From Candidatus Gottesmanbacteria bacterium (GTDB taxonomy: Bacteria; Patescibacteriota; Microgenomatia; UBA10105; UBA927): DNA of 64,000 nucleotides. Location of the stretch: assembly GCA_023245335.1 (NCBI GenBank), contig JAHFKK010000001.1:491282-555281 (forward strand). Reading direction: 5' to 3'. The position numbers were made by a program, and so were the translations under genes. Shown here piece after piece: positions 1 to 7,880 of the stretch. The notes under the pieces were generated by a model. The model worked only from the letters and a program-made list of their open reading frames with translations. It did not search any database and was not told where the DNA came from. Position 1 is the first letter of the stretch. Every line of letters begins with the position of its first letter.

Positions 1-390
1 GGAGTAGAGGTGGATACGCTTTTTGTGACGGCGTTTTTGACGACCATGAGCTTTTCGGTGCACGATACGATCGTGGTGTTTGACCGTATACGCGAATATC
101 TCAAGCGCGACCGGTCACGGCCATTTGAGGAACTTTGTGATCTCGCTCTTACTGAAACCATCAACCGGTCCATGACGAATTCATTTACTATTATTTTCAT
201 GCTGACGGCACTCGCCCTTATGGGAGGGGATACCACAAAATGGTTTATCATCGCGCTTCTTATCGGAACGGTTTCCGGTACCTATTCCTCGCCGTTTATA
301 GCAACCCCGGTACTTCTCCTTTGGGACCGCTGGGAACGGTCGCCTCGTCGGCGACCCGCCGAAGTGGCGGGCGGAAAAAGGTCAATTTAA
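1..390 (+). CDS. secF: Protein-export membrane protein SecF (or SecDF), C-terminal fragment; the 5' end lies outside the window
   Basis: ORF 10..390 translation 'VVFDRIREYLK...TNSFTIIFMLTALALMGG' matches the conserved SecF C-terminal TM region; the frame is open to the window edge. Confidence 0.7.
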   Translation, partial: GVEVDTLFVTAFLTTMSFSVHDTIVVFDRIREYLKRDRSRPFEELCDLALTETINRSMTNSFTIIFMLTALALMGGDTTKWFIIALLIGTVSGTYSSPFIATPVLLLWDRWERSPRRRPAEVAGGKRSI

Positions 391-1743
391 TGTGGGCCGT
401 AATTCTTGTAGTCTTTTCAGTAATGCTTCGCGTTCGTTGGGAATGGCGCCGGCTTCCACTTGGGCAAACAACGCATCTAATACTGTACCGATGATGGGAC
501 CCGGTGCGACGTCGTAGATTTTCATGACATCGTAGCCGTTTACGACAAGGTCAGAAACGGTGAAGGGTTGTTGTTGGACTTCCAGAAGCCGTTTTTTGTA
601 GAGTTCGAGTCTCCAGGATGTCTCGCTTGCGCCTCCGCCGAGACGGTCACCGATCCGAAGCGCCAGGATGTGTTCGAGGTTTTCCTTACCGACCCGTCGT
701 ATGAAGCGTCGGAGTGCCGCATCGGTTTGCCGTTCATCGACGCTGAATTGGTGCCAGCGAACGAGCGTCGTGAGAAGTTCCGTCTGTTTGTTGGAAAGCC
801 GCAGGCGTTTGGCTACATCGCGGGCAATTTTGGTGCTCACGACTTCGTGATTATAAAACGTTATGACCCCGTCCGGGAGTTCGCGGTAGGTCTTGGGTTT
901 TCCCAGATCGTGGACGAGGGTCGCGAGCCTCACGATAGGATCATTTGAAGGACAGTTTTTGAGCGCAAGCACGGAATGCGTTCCGACATCGTAGACGTGA
1001 TGGCGTTTTGGACTTTTTTGCGGCGTGGCAAACGATACTTCGAGTTCCGGCAGGATGAAATGCAGAAGCCCCAGATTTTTAAGAACGAGGATCGCATCGG
1101 CTGCGTGTTCGGCAGATACTATTTTCAGGAATTCGTCCCGTATCCGTTCCGCAGAGATTTCCGTGAGGAGTTTCGCATGAGCGGTAATTGCCAGAGCTGT
1201 TTTTTCTTCGATCGCAAATCCGAATGTTGCTGCAAACCGTACCGCGCGTAGGAGCCGAAGCGCATCCTCCTCAAACCGAAGGGATGAATCTCCCACAGTG
1301 CGGATGAGCTTGGCTTTGAGGTCGTCCTGTCCGTGGTACGGATCGGTAAGCGTCTTACCGTCGAATGCGATCGCGTTTATGGTGAAATCCCGGCGGGACA
1401 GATCTTCCGCGAGCGACTTTCCCCATGCGATGGTATCCGGGTGCCGGTGATCTTTATACCCTTCTTCGCTCCTATATGTGGTAATTTCATAGATATCTTC
1501 TAGTTCCTCTGCGGTTTTGGATTTACGTATTTTTACTCCGACGGTACCGAATTGATTGTCGTAGAAGCTGTCCGGAAAAAGCTTAAGGATTTCTTCCGGC
1601 GTTGCATTTGTGGTGAAGTCCCATCCCTTGGTCTCTTTACCCACGAGGAGATCTCGTACCGACCCGCCGACGGCATAGGCCTCAAACCCTGCTTTTTTGA
1701 GGGTATCGATGATGCGTTGTGCGTTTTTCGGAAGCGTAATCAT
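382..1743 (-). CDS. cca: CCA-adding tRNA nucleotidyltransferase (PolyA-pol head + HD domain)
   Basis: N-terminal 'AYAVGGSVRDLLVGK' (GGxVRD nucleotidyltransferase motif) and a later HD motif 'LVHDLGKP'; 453 aa. Confidence 0.85.
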   Translation of the reverse strand: MITLPKNAQRIIDTLKKAGFEAYAVGGSVRDLLVGKETKGWDFTTNATPEEILKLFPDSFYDNQFGTVGVKIRKSKTAEELEDIYEITTYRSEEGYKDHRHPDTIAWGKSLAEDLSRRDFTINAIAFDGKTLTDPYHGQDDLKAKLIRTVGDSSLRFEEDALRLLRAVRFAATFGFAIEEKTALAITAHAKLLTEISAERIRDEFLKIVSAEHAADAILVLKNLGLLHFILPELEVSFATPQKSPKRHHVYDVGTHSVLALKNCPSNDPIVRLATLVHDLGKPKTYRELPDGVITFYNHEVVSTKIARDVAKRLRLSNKQTELLTTLVRWHQFSVDERQTDAALRRFIRRVGKENLEHILALRIGDRLGGGASETSWRLELYKKRLLEVQQQPFTVSDLVVNGYDVMKIYDVAPGPIIGTVLDALFAQVEAGAIPNEREALLKRLQELRPTLN

Positions 1744-1749
1744 AGCCGT

Positions 1750-3438
1750 ATGATATCATATGAAGCGATGAAGAAATGGCTGATAGCAAACAAAGCCGGT
1801 GATACCGCGGATAAAGATCTGGAAGAGCATCTTCTCGCAGAGCTTCTTAAGGGTAAAGGACTGGACACCAAAAAGGCGGTTGAAGAATTTCTTCATCCGA
1901 TAAAGGCTATGGAGTTGAGTGCGTCTGACGTCGGAATAGACCCCTCGGAGCTTCGTGAAGCTCTTGCACGGATCACAAAAGCTGTTAAAGAGAAAGAATC
2001 TATCGTCGTATATGCCGATTATGACGCTGACGGCATAACCGCAGGGGCAGTGATGTGGGAAACACTTTGGAAGTTGGGGGCGAGAGTGATGCCGTATATC
2101 CCGCATCGGGTAGACGAGGGCTACGGGCTTTCAACGAAAGGAATTGATGCTGTGCGCGAGCAGTATGACCCCACGCTTATCATCACGGTTGATCACGGCA
2201 TCACGGCGCATGAAAAGGTAGCCTATGCCAAAAAGTTGGGGATAGACGTCATCATTACCGACCATCACGTCAAACCGAAGAAGCTGCCTGATTGTACGAT
2301 CGTCCACACGACGAACCTTGCAGGGAGCGGTGTGTCATGGTTTGTCGCCAAAGAATTGGCAAGGGAAAGCACAGAGCATAGAATTGAGGACGGCGTCGAG
2401 GATTTATTGGCGCTTGCGGCTCTCGGTACCATCGCGGATTTAGTTCCGCTTATCGGTCCTAACAGGTCTATTGCCAAGTACGGACTCGAGGTTATGCGCA
2501 GGACCCGTCGCGTGGGTTTAAACGCACTTATGACGGACGCAGGAGTCACCAAAGAGGGCATCGAGACATATATGATATCTCATATGCTGGCCCCGAGGTT
2601 AAACGCCATGGGGCGGCTTGAGCATGCGCTTGATGCGTTACGGCTCCTCTGTACGAGTGACGGCACGAAAGCTACCCTCCTTGCTCAAAAGTTGGGGCTC
2701 ACGAACAAGGAACGGCAGCAGCTGACGGAGGATACCGTGGTGCATGCGCATACGATACTTCCCGATAAATCGAAGAAGCTTATATTTATCGCTCACGAAA
2801 GCTACAACCAGGGAATAATCGGGCTGGTCGCCGGGAAACTTGCAGAAGAATACTATCGTCCCGCGATCGTGGTATCTATAGGAGACGGGTTTTCCAAAGC
2901 TTCGGCGAGATCTATCCCGGGATTTAATATCATTGATGCGATCCGCACATTCAGCGATCTTCTGGTAGATGCGGGCGGGCACCCCATGGCGGCGGGATTT
3001 ACCGTCGAGACCAAGAATCTCGGTAAGCTTCAGAAGAAACTGGAAGCTCTCGCGGAGAAAGAACTGGATGAGGAGAAGCTGACGCGCGTACTGAAAGTCG
3101 ATATGGAAATTCCGCTCACGGCGGTAAAAGAGACATTGTGGAAAAAAATACAGCAATTTGCACCTTTCGGGATGGGTAATTTCGAGCCGGTATTTGCAAG
3201 CCGGGGAGTGACCGTATCGGATGTTCGTCTGATCGGCGCTACCAGAAAACATCTCAAGCTCAAAATTCTCGCGCCTGATTTATCTGCACCGCTGGACGCC
3301 ATAGGATTCAGCATGGCCGGCGTCTACGGCAAACTCAAGCCCGATAAGCCAGTCGATATAGCCTACACGATAGACATGAATGAGTGGAACGGTAGACGAC
3401 AACTGCAGCTCAAGTTAAAAGATATCCTCGTACCATAA
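1750..3438 (+). CDS. recJ: Single-stranded-DNA-specific exonuclease RecJ (DHH/DHHA1)
   Basis: 'VYADYDADGITAGAV', 'TVDHGITAHE', 'ITDHH' DHH motifs and a C-terminal DHHA1 'GGHPMAAGF'. Start chosen at ATG 1750 (MISYEAM); the upstream part of ORF 1552.. overlaps cca and is judged an artefact. Confidence 0.85.
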   Translation: MISYEAMKKWLIANKAGDTADKDLEEHLLAELLKGKGLDTKKAVEEFLHPIKAMELSASDVGIDPSELREALARITKAVKEKESIVVYADYDADGITAGAVMWETLWKLGARVMPYIPHRVDEGYGLSTKGIDAVREQYDPTLIITVDHGITAHEKVAYAKKLGIDVIITDHHVKPKKLPDCTIVHTTNLAGSGVSWFVAKELARESTEHRIEDGVEDLLALAALGTIADLVPLIGPNRSIAKYGLEVMRRTRRVGLNALMTDAGVTKEGIETYMISHMLAPRLNAMGRLEHALDALRLLCTSDGTKATLLAQKLGLTNKERQQLTEDTVVHAHTILPDKSKKLIFIAHESYNQGIIGLVAGKLAEEYYRPAIVVSIGDGFSKASARSIPGFNIIDAIRTFSDLLVDAGGHPMAAGFTVETKNLGKLQKKLEALAEKELDEEKLTRVLKVDMEIPLTAVKETLWKKIQQFAPFGMGNFEPVFASRGVTVSDVRLIGATRKHLKLKILAPDLSAPLDAIGFSMAGVYGKLKPDKPVDIAYTIDMNEWNGRRQLQLKLKDILVP

Positions 3439-3684
3439 AAATCCCCGCGTTCTTTGCGGCGCATATGCCGGTGAACACGGGGATTTATGAATTAATACAC
3501 ATAGAATTCCCTCCATCCACCAAATGCTCACGAATGAAAACTATTCTTCATTCGCAGGAAAAGGGTGGATGGAAAGATTAAAAATCGGAAATAGTAGTAA
3601 TGAATATAAAAGTAACTCGCAAGTGAGTTAATCTAGTTTCCACTAAGCTCTAAGTCGATAAAATGATTCAAGGAAAAGACCTTG

Positions 3685-3731
3685 AAAAAAAGGGGGGACC
3701 CAGCAAGATTGCTGGAGCTGGGTCCTCACCC
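3685..3731 (-). terminator. Rho-independent terminator (minus strand)
   Basis: Perfect hairpin GGACCCAGC-AAGATTGCTGGA-GCTGGGTCC (3696-3725). On the minus strand it is followed by CCCC+T7 (complement of the A-run 3685-3691). Confidence 0.6.
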
Positions 3732-4198
3732 TCATGACGTTCCCGCCTATCTTTGCTGATTAGTTGTTGTCTGTCTCTCCTGAAGACACCTCCAGCATGT
3801 TTGCCCTTGGCGTAAAGTCACGTCAGGATGCTTTTGGCAATGCTTGCTTAATTGTCCCGTGTGGGTGATAACACGTGCCATTTTTGGTCTTGCGATAATC
3901 GAACGAACATGGTGATGATTGTGAGTCGATTCTTGTCGGTGTTGACTGTTACTTGTACACATCAGGTTTGCTCCTCATTTGATTTGTCTTGCTCGGATTT
4001 GGGTTTTACTTCGTACTGCGGTGTTCGTTTGGTTATTGGGTCATAAAGATTGTATCTCCTTCTTAATTTAATTTTTGAACAAAAAGAAAGACAGAAGGAT
4101 AGGAATTTCTGTCTTTATCCTTGGTCAAAACTCTATTTGTAAAAGAGCAACAACGCCTTCTCACAGCTAGTTCTTAACAGTTCGCTAAAAAACAGCAC

Positions 4199-4465
4199 TT
4201 ATTTTTCGGGATCAGTGTCTGTAATCAGATGTTTCATGGCGTTAAATGTTTCTATTATTCTCTTGCCACGCTTAGCTTGGTTATGTGCCTTCCCTGATTC
4301 AAATGAGTGAGTCAGTCTTAATATGACACTGTCTGCGTCTCTACGAGGAACTCTGGCTGCACGATAACCTCGCCGTAGCCCTTCGAGTGCTAATTCGACA
4401 CCGTCCTTGTCCGCAACATTTCCATATAGCGCGGCTTCCTCAAATATTTTTTCTGCGTTTACCAT
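4199..4465 (-). CDS. Hypothetical 88-aa basic protein; sole ORF of a minus-strand unit bracketed by two terminators
   Basis: ORF track only; no recognisable motif and no obvious SD. It lies between the terminators at 4629-4662 and 3685-3731. Confidence 0.3.
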   Translation of the reverse strand: MVNAEKIFEEAALYGNVADKDGVELALEGLRRGYRAARVPRRDADSVILRLTHSFESGKAHNQAKRGKRIIETFNAMKHLITDTDPEK

Positions 4466-4628
4466 ATGATTTGTTTATAGAGTCAGTTAGTGTGACTGAG
4501 CTCGGAAACAATACCGCGATTTTTTCATTGTTTTTTCCGCGGAATGTCGTTACTTCCCATAAACAGGGAGACTTAGTAAATAATGATTTGGTTTCTACAG
4601 ATTGATTTAGTTCCATACGTATTCCCAT

Positions 4629-4662
4629 TAAAAAACCCCGCTTGGTGCGGGGCTCTTTGTTG
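4629..4662. terminator. Bidirectional intrinsic terminator hairpin
   Basis: A6-CCCCGC-TTGGT-GCGGGG-CTCTTTGTT: GC stem flanked by an A-run upstream and a T-rich tract downstream, so it reads as stem+U-tract on both strands (stronger on minus). Confidence 0.6.
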
Positions 4663-4796
4663 GTCTTACTGAAAAATTTCTTTATGCAGCAGTCTCCACA
4701 AGAGCCCCTTCCGCCTTTCGGAGGGTAATAAGGGCCATAATGTGGACGTACTGGCTTTGCATAAGAAAAATATATTATATGGATCAAACTGGCATA

Positions 4797-4825
4797 TTGT
4801 CAAGAGTTAAATCGGGAGATATACT
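4797..4825 (+). promoter_or_regulatory. Sigma70-like promoter for the aspS leader
   Basis: -35 TTGTCA (4797-4802), 17-nt spacer, -10 TATACT (4820-4825). Confidence 0.45.
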
Positions 4826-4831
4826 TGCGGT

Positions 4832-4980
4832 GACGAAAGAATACAGCGCAGATGGCCTGACAAGCCGGAGCTTCCTGGTGTCGTAACCGGGACGGGAGAG
4901 CCCGTAACCACTCAGAATGAGAAGTAAGTAAGGTGGCACCACCCCCGATCAACATCGTGGGTCCTTATATCAGGGAACGG
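4832..4980 (+). promoter_or_regulatory. Structured 5' leader of aspS with intrinsic terminator; candidate compact T-box (Asp) riboswitch or attenuator
   Basis: 'AAGGUGGCACCACC' resembles the T-box 'AGGGUGGNACCGCG' (UGGC would pair with tRNA-Asp G73-CCA). There is a GGC-CUGACAA-GCC hairpin with a GAC(A) Asp codon in the loop, and a long hairpin GGCACC...GGTGCC (4925-4974) followed by T6 (4975-4980) 44 nt before the aspS ATG. Confidence 0.4.
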
Positions 4981-5023
4981 TGCCTTTTTTGATGGTGAAA
5001 TCATGATAAGATGGAGGTAATCT

Positions 5024-6907
5024 ATGCGAACACTCACAACTGATACGGTTAGTAAGATCGGTGAAGAAGTGACACTCCAGGGCTGGGTGCTGGCACGGCG
5101 CGATCACGGCAAGATCATGTTCCTGGATTTACGTGACCGCAAAGGCATCGTACAGCTGGTCGGCAACAAAGCCCTAGGAGATGCGCGGGCGGAAGATGTC
5201 GTTGAGGTCGCGGGACTCGTCAAAAAGCGGCCGGAGGCAATGGTAAACGAAAAAATCGCAACCGGCACTGTTGAAGTCGAGATACAAAAGCTTACCGTCA
5301 TTTCCAAAGCCCACGACCTCCCGTTTCCTATAGATACCAACGGCTACGAAGTGAACGAGGAGATACGGAGTAAATACCGGTATCTCGACTTACGGCGTCC
5401 CCGCATGGCGAGAAATATCAGATTACGGTCAAAAATGGTCGCATTCATCCGGAATTTTCTTCTTACCCAGGACTTCGTCGAGATAGAAACGCCGATGCTC
5501 ACCAAAACCACTCCGGAGGGAGCGCGGGATTTTTTGGTGCCCTCCCGGCTTCAGCCCGGCAAGTTTTATGCGCTGCCGCAGTCGCCGCAGCAATATAAGC
5601 AGCTTCTTATGGTTGCGGGTATGGAGCGGTATTTCCAGATTGCCCGGTGTTTCCGCGATGAAGATCCGCGACGGGATCGCGCCTACGGTGAGTTTACCCA
5701 GTTGGATTTGGAGATGTCGTTTATCACCCAAAATGATATTTTAGAGCTCATCGAGGGCATGTTTACCCGATTGGTAAAGGAATTGTTCCCCGACAAGCAC
5801 ATTTTGAAATCTCCGTGGCCGAGACTTGCCCACAAAGATGTCATGAAAAAGTACGGTACGGACAAACCGGATCTTCGGGAGCACAAGGATGATCCTGACG
5901 AGCTTGCATTTTCCTGGACCGTCGATTTTCCGCTTTTTACGGAACAATCGGAAGCGGATTTCTTTTACGGATCCGGCAAGGCGAAATTTGCGCCCAGCCA
6001 CCATATGTTTACGGCGCCGCATCCGGATGACATCCCGCTTCTCGATACGGATCCGATGAAGGTGCGCGGGCTTCAGCACGATCTTGTCCTCAACGGATTT
6101 GAAGTAGGAGGGGGGAGTATCCGTATCCATCAACCGGAGGTGCAGACAAAGGTGTTTGACCTCATCGGGTTTACCCAGGAACAAAAGCAGGAGTTCGCGC
6201 ACATGCTGACCGCATTTTCCTACGGCGTGCCGCCCCATGGTGGGATTGCGCCCGGCATAGACCGGTTTCTCATGGCGCTTCTCGGGGAGCCGAGCGTACG
6301 GGAAGTCATGGCGTTTCCGACGTCCGCATCAGGAACCACAAGCGTCATGGATGCACCGAGTACTGCCGCCCCGGAACAGCTTTCCGAACTCGGGATAAGC
6401 GTGAAAGGGCCGATCTTGGGCAAATCAGGCGGGGAAGGTGTATACGCGAGGATTATCGAAGACTTGAAGTCTGCAGGAGTCGCGTACGAGCCATACGAGC
6501 ATGAAGCGGTCCGGACTTCGGAAGAAGCCGCCCGGATACGAAATACGCCCCTCCGCGAAGGCGCGAAAGCGCTGGTTTTATACGCGGATGACAAGCCGGT
6601 CATGGCGGTCGTTCCGGGTGACCGGAAACTGGATACTAAACTGTTTAAAGCGACATACCAGGTGAATGATCTCCGGATGGCGACACCGGAGGAAGTGGAA
6701 AAAGTAACCAATGTGCAAATCGGTGCGGTACCGCCTTTTGGTCACATATTCGGCATACCGATTTATGTGGATGCGGCGATCCGTGAAAATTCCAGCGTTT
6801 CATATAATGCCGGGATGCATACGCGTTCCGTGCGTATGGCGGAAAAGGATTATGAGAAGGTAGCCAAACCCATTGTCGGAGCATTTTCCAAACTTACCAA
6901 TGCCTAA
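5024..6907 (+). CDS. aspS: Aspartyl-tRNA synthetase, archaeal/short type (no GAD insertion), fused to a C-terminal YbaK/ProX-like aminoacyl-tRNA deacylase domain
   Basis: N-terminal OB anticodon domain 'VTLQGWVLARRDHGKIMFLDLRD'; class II motif 2 'FRDEDPRRDRAYGEFTQLDLEMSF' and motif 3 'GGIAPGIDRFLMAL'; the final ~170 aa ('KALVLYADDKPVMAVVPGDRKLD...ATPEEVEKVTNVQIGAVPPFG...IYVDAAI') follow the YbaK/ProX deacylase pattern. Confidence 0.85.
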   Translation: MRTLTTDTVSKIGEEVTLQGWVLARRDHGKIMFLDLRDRKGIVQLVGNKALGDARAEDVVEVAGLVKKRPEAMVNEKIATGTVEVEIQKLTVISKAHDLPFPIDTNGYEVNEEIRSKYRYLDLRRPRMARNIRLRSKMVAFIRNFLLTQDFVEIETPMLTKTTPEGARDFLVPSRLQPGKFYALPQSPQQYKQLLMVAGMERYFQIARCFRDEDPRRDRAYGEFTQLDLEMSFITQNDILELIEGMFTRLVKELFPDKHILKSPWPRLAHKDVMKKYGTDKPDLREHKDDPDELAFSWTVDFPLFTEQSEADFFYGSGKAKFAPSHHMFTAPHPDDIPLLDTDPMKVRGLQHDLVLNGFEVGGGSIRIHQPEVQTKVFDLIGFTQEQKQEFAHMLTAFSYGVPPHGGIAPGIDRFLMALLGEPSVREVMAFPTSASGTTSVMDAPSTAAPEQLSELGISVKGPILGKSGGEGVYARIIEDLKSAGVAYEPYEHEAVRTSEEAARIRNTPLREGAKALVLYADDKPVMAVVPGDRKLDTKLFKATYQVNDLRMATPEEVEKVTNVQIGAVPPFGHIFGIPIYVDAAIRENSSVSYNAGMHTRSVRMAEKDYEKVAKPIVGAFSKLTNA

Positions 6908-6938
6908 TTCAGAATCGCCTCATCCAAAGAAGCACGCG

Positions 6939-7880
6939 ATGCTTTCGTTTGTTCTGCGCCAGTGGGACAAACTGCTTTTTTTGGTGCTGCTTGCCCTATT
7001 TTTTGTGCTCATGCCGATTCAATCCGGGCGGGTTTTTCAATTTGCCGTGCCCGGTAAACCGCTTCTGCAGCTTGTACCGTTTACCACGCCGACTCCCGCA
7101 CCATACCCGGTGAACCGGACCAAAGTTTACCCCGGGAGTGAAGTGACGGCAGAGGGAGTCGTCATCTACGATGTGACGAGCGCGACGACTATGTATGCGC
7201 GAAACGGTGAAGAGTCATTGTCACCAGCATCTACGACCAAGATCATGACCGCGCTTGTCGCGCTCGATTCATATAGTCTTGATGATGTCGTTTCTGTAGG
7301 AACCGTCGCAAATGACGGGCAGGTGATGGGACTTATCCCGGGAGAGCAAATGACGGTCGAAAATCTTCTGTACGGAGCATTGGTATTTTCCGGTAATGAT
7401 GCAGCGTGGGCGCTTGCGGAACACTACCCCGGGGGCGTCGACGCCTTTGTACAGGCGATGAATGCGAAAGCCGCGAAATTACATCTTACCCACACGCATT
7501 TTACCAATCCGGTCGGGTATGATGACCGGAATCACAAGATGACGGCCACGGACCTCACGCGTCTTGCGGCATTCGCCCTGACGAATAAAACCATTGCAAA
7601 AATCGTTGCCATCCCGCAAATAACCGTTTCGGATATCACCTATACGCATTTCCATGCGCTCACAAACGTCAATCAGCTTTTGGGTAAAATTCCGGGAGTC
7701 GCCGGCATTAAAACAGGTTGGACCGAAGAAGCAGGGGAAAATCTCGTCACCCTTATAGACCGGAACGGTCACCGGGTCATCATTGTCGTACTCAAAAGTC
7801 AGAACCGGTTTACCGATACACAGATACTCATTAATTGGGTATTTGGAAATTATGATTGGCAGACATTTGGTCCATCCTAA
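6939..7880 (+). CDS. D-alanyl-D-alanine carboxypeptidase (peptidase S11, PBP5-like), N-terminal TM/signal
   Basis: SxxK 'ASTTKIMTA', SxN 'FSGND', KTG 'IKTGWT'. Start placed at ATG 6939 to avoid overlap with aspS; the ORF opens at 6873. Confidence 0.8.
   Translation: MLSFVLRQWDKLLFLVLLALFFVLMPIQSGRVFQFAVPGKPLLQLVPFTTPTPAPYPVNRTKVYPGSEVTAEGVVIYDVTSATTMYARNGEESLSPASTTKIMTALVALDSYSLDDVVSVGTVANDGQVMGLIPGEQMTVENLLYGALVFSGNDAAWALAEHYPGGVDAFVQAMNAKAAKLHLTHTHFTNPVGYDDRNHKMTATDLTRLAAFALTNKTIAKIVAIPQITVSDITYTHFHALTNVNQLLGKIPGVAGIKTGWTEEAGENLVTLIDRNGHRVIIVVLKSQNRFTDTQILINWVFGNYDWQTFGPS

Noticed and set aside
1552-1749. Upstream 66 codons of the recJ ORF as drawn in the ORF track
   Set aside because: They fully overlap the cca coding sequence on the other strand. 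A good Met (MISYEAM) at 1750 gives a normal RecJ N-terminus.
3747-3962. 71-aa minus-strand ORF in the recJ-aspS spacer (Gln/Thr/His-rich)
   Set aside because: It has no RBS and odd composition. A strong RBS (AAGGAG) just upstream on that strand is followed by a stop after 3 codons. The region is more plausibly RNA-coding or non-functional.
4440-4787. 115-aa minus-strand ORF spanning the 4629-4662 terminator
   Set aside because: It runs straight through a strong intrinsic terminator hairpin and a poly-A/T tract, and has Cys/Gly/Pro-rich low-complexity composition. It is most likely non-coding.
5741-6711. Two 160-aa ORFs antisense to aspS
   Set aside because: They are embedded in a well-supported synthetase gene, with no independent motif support.
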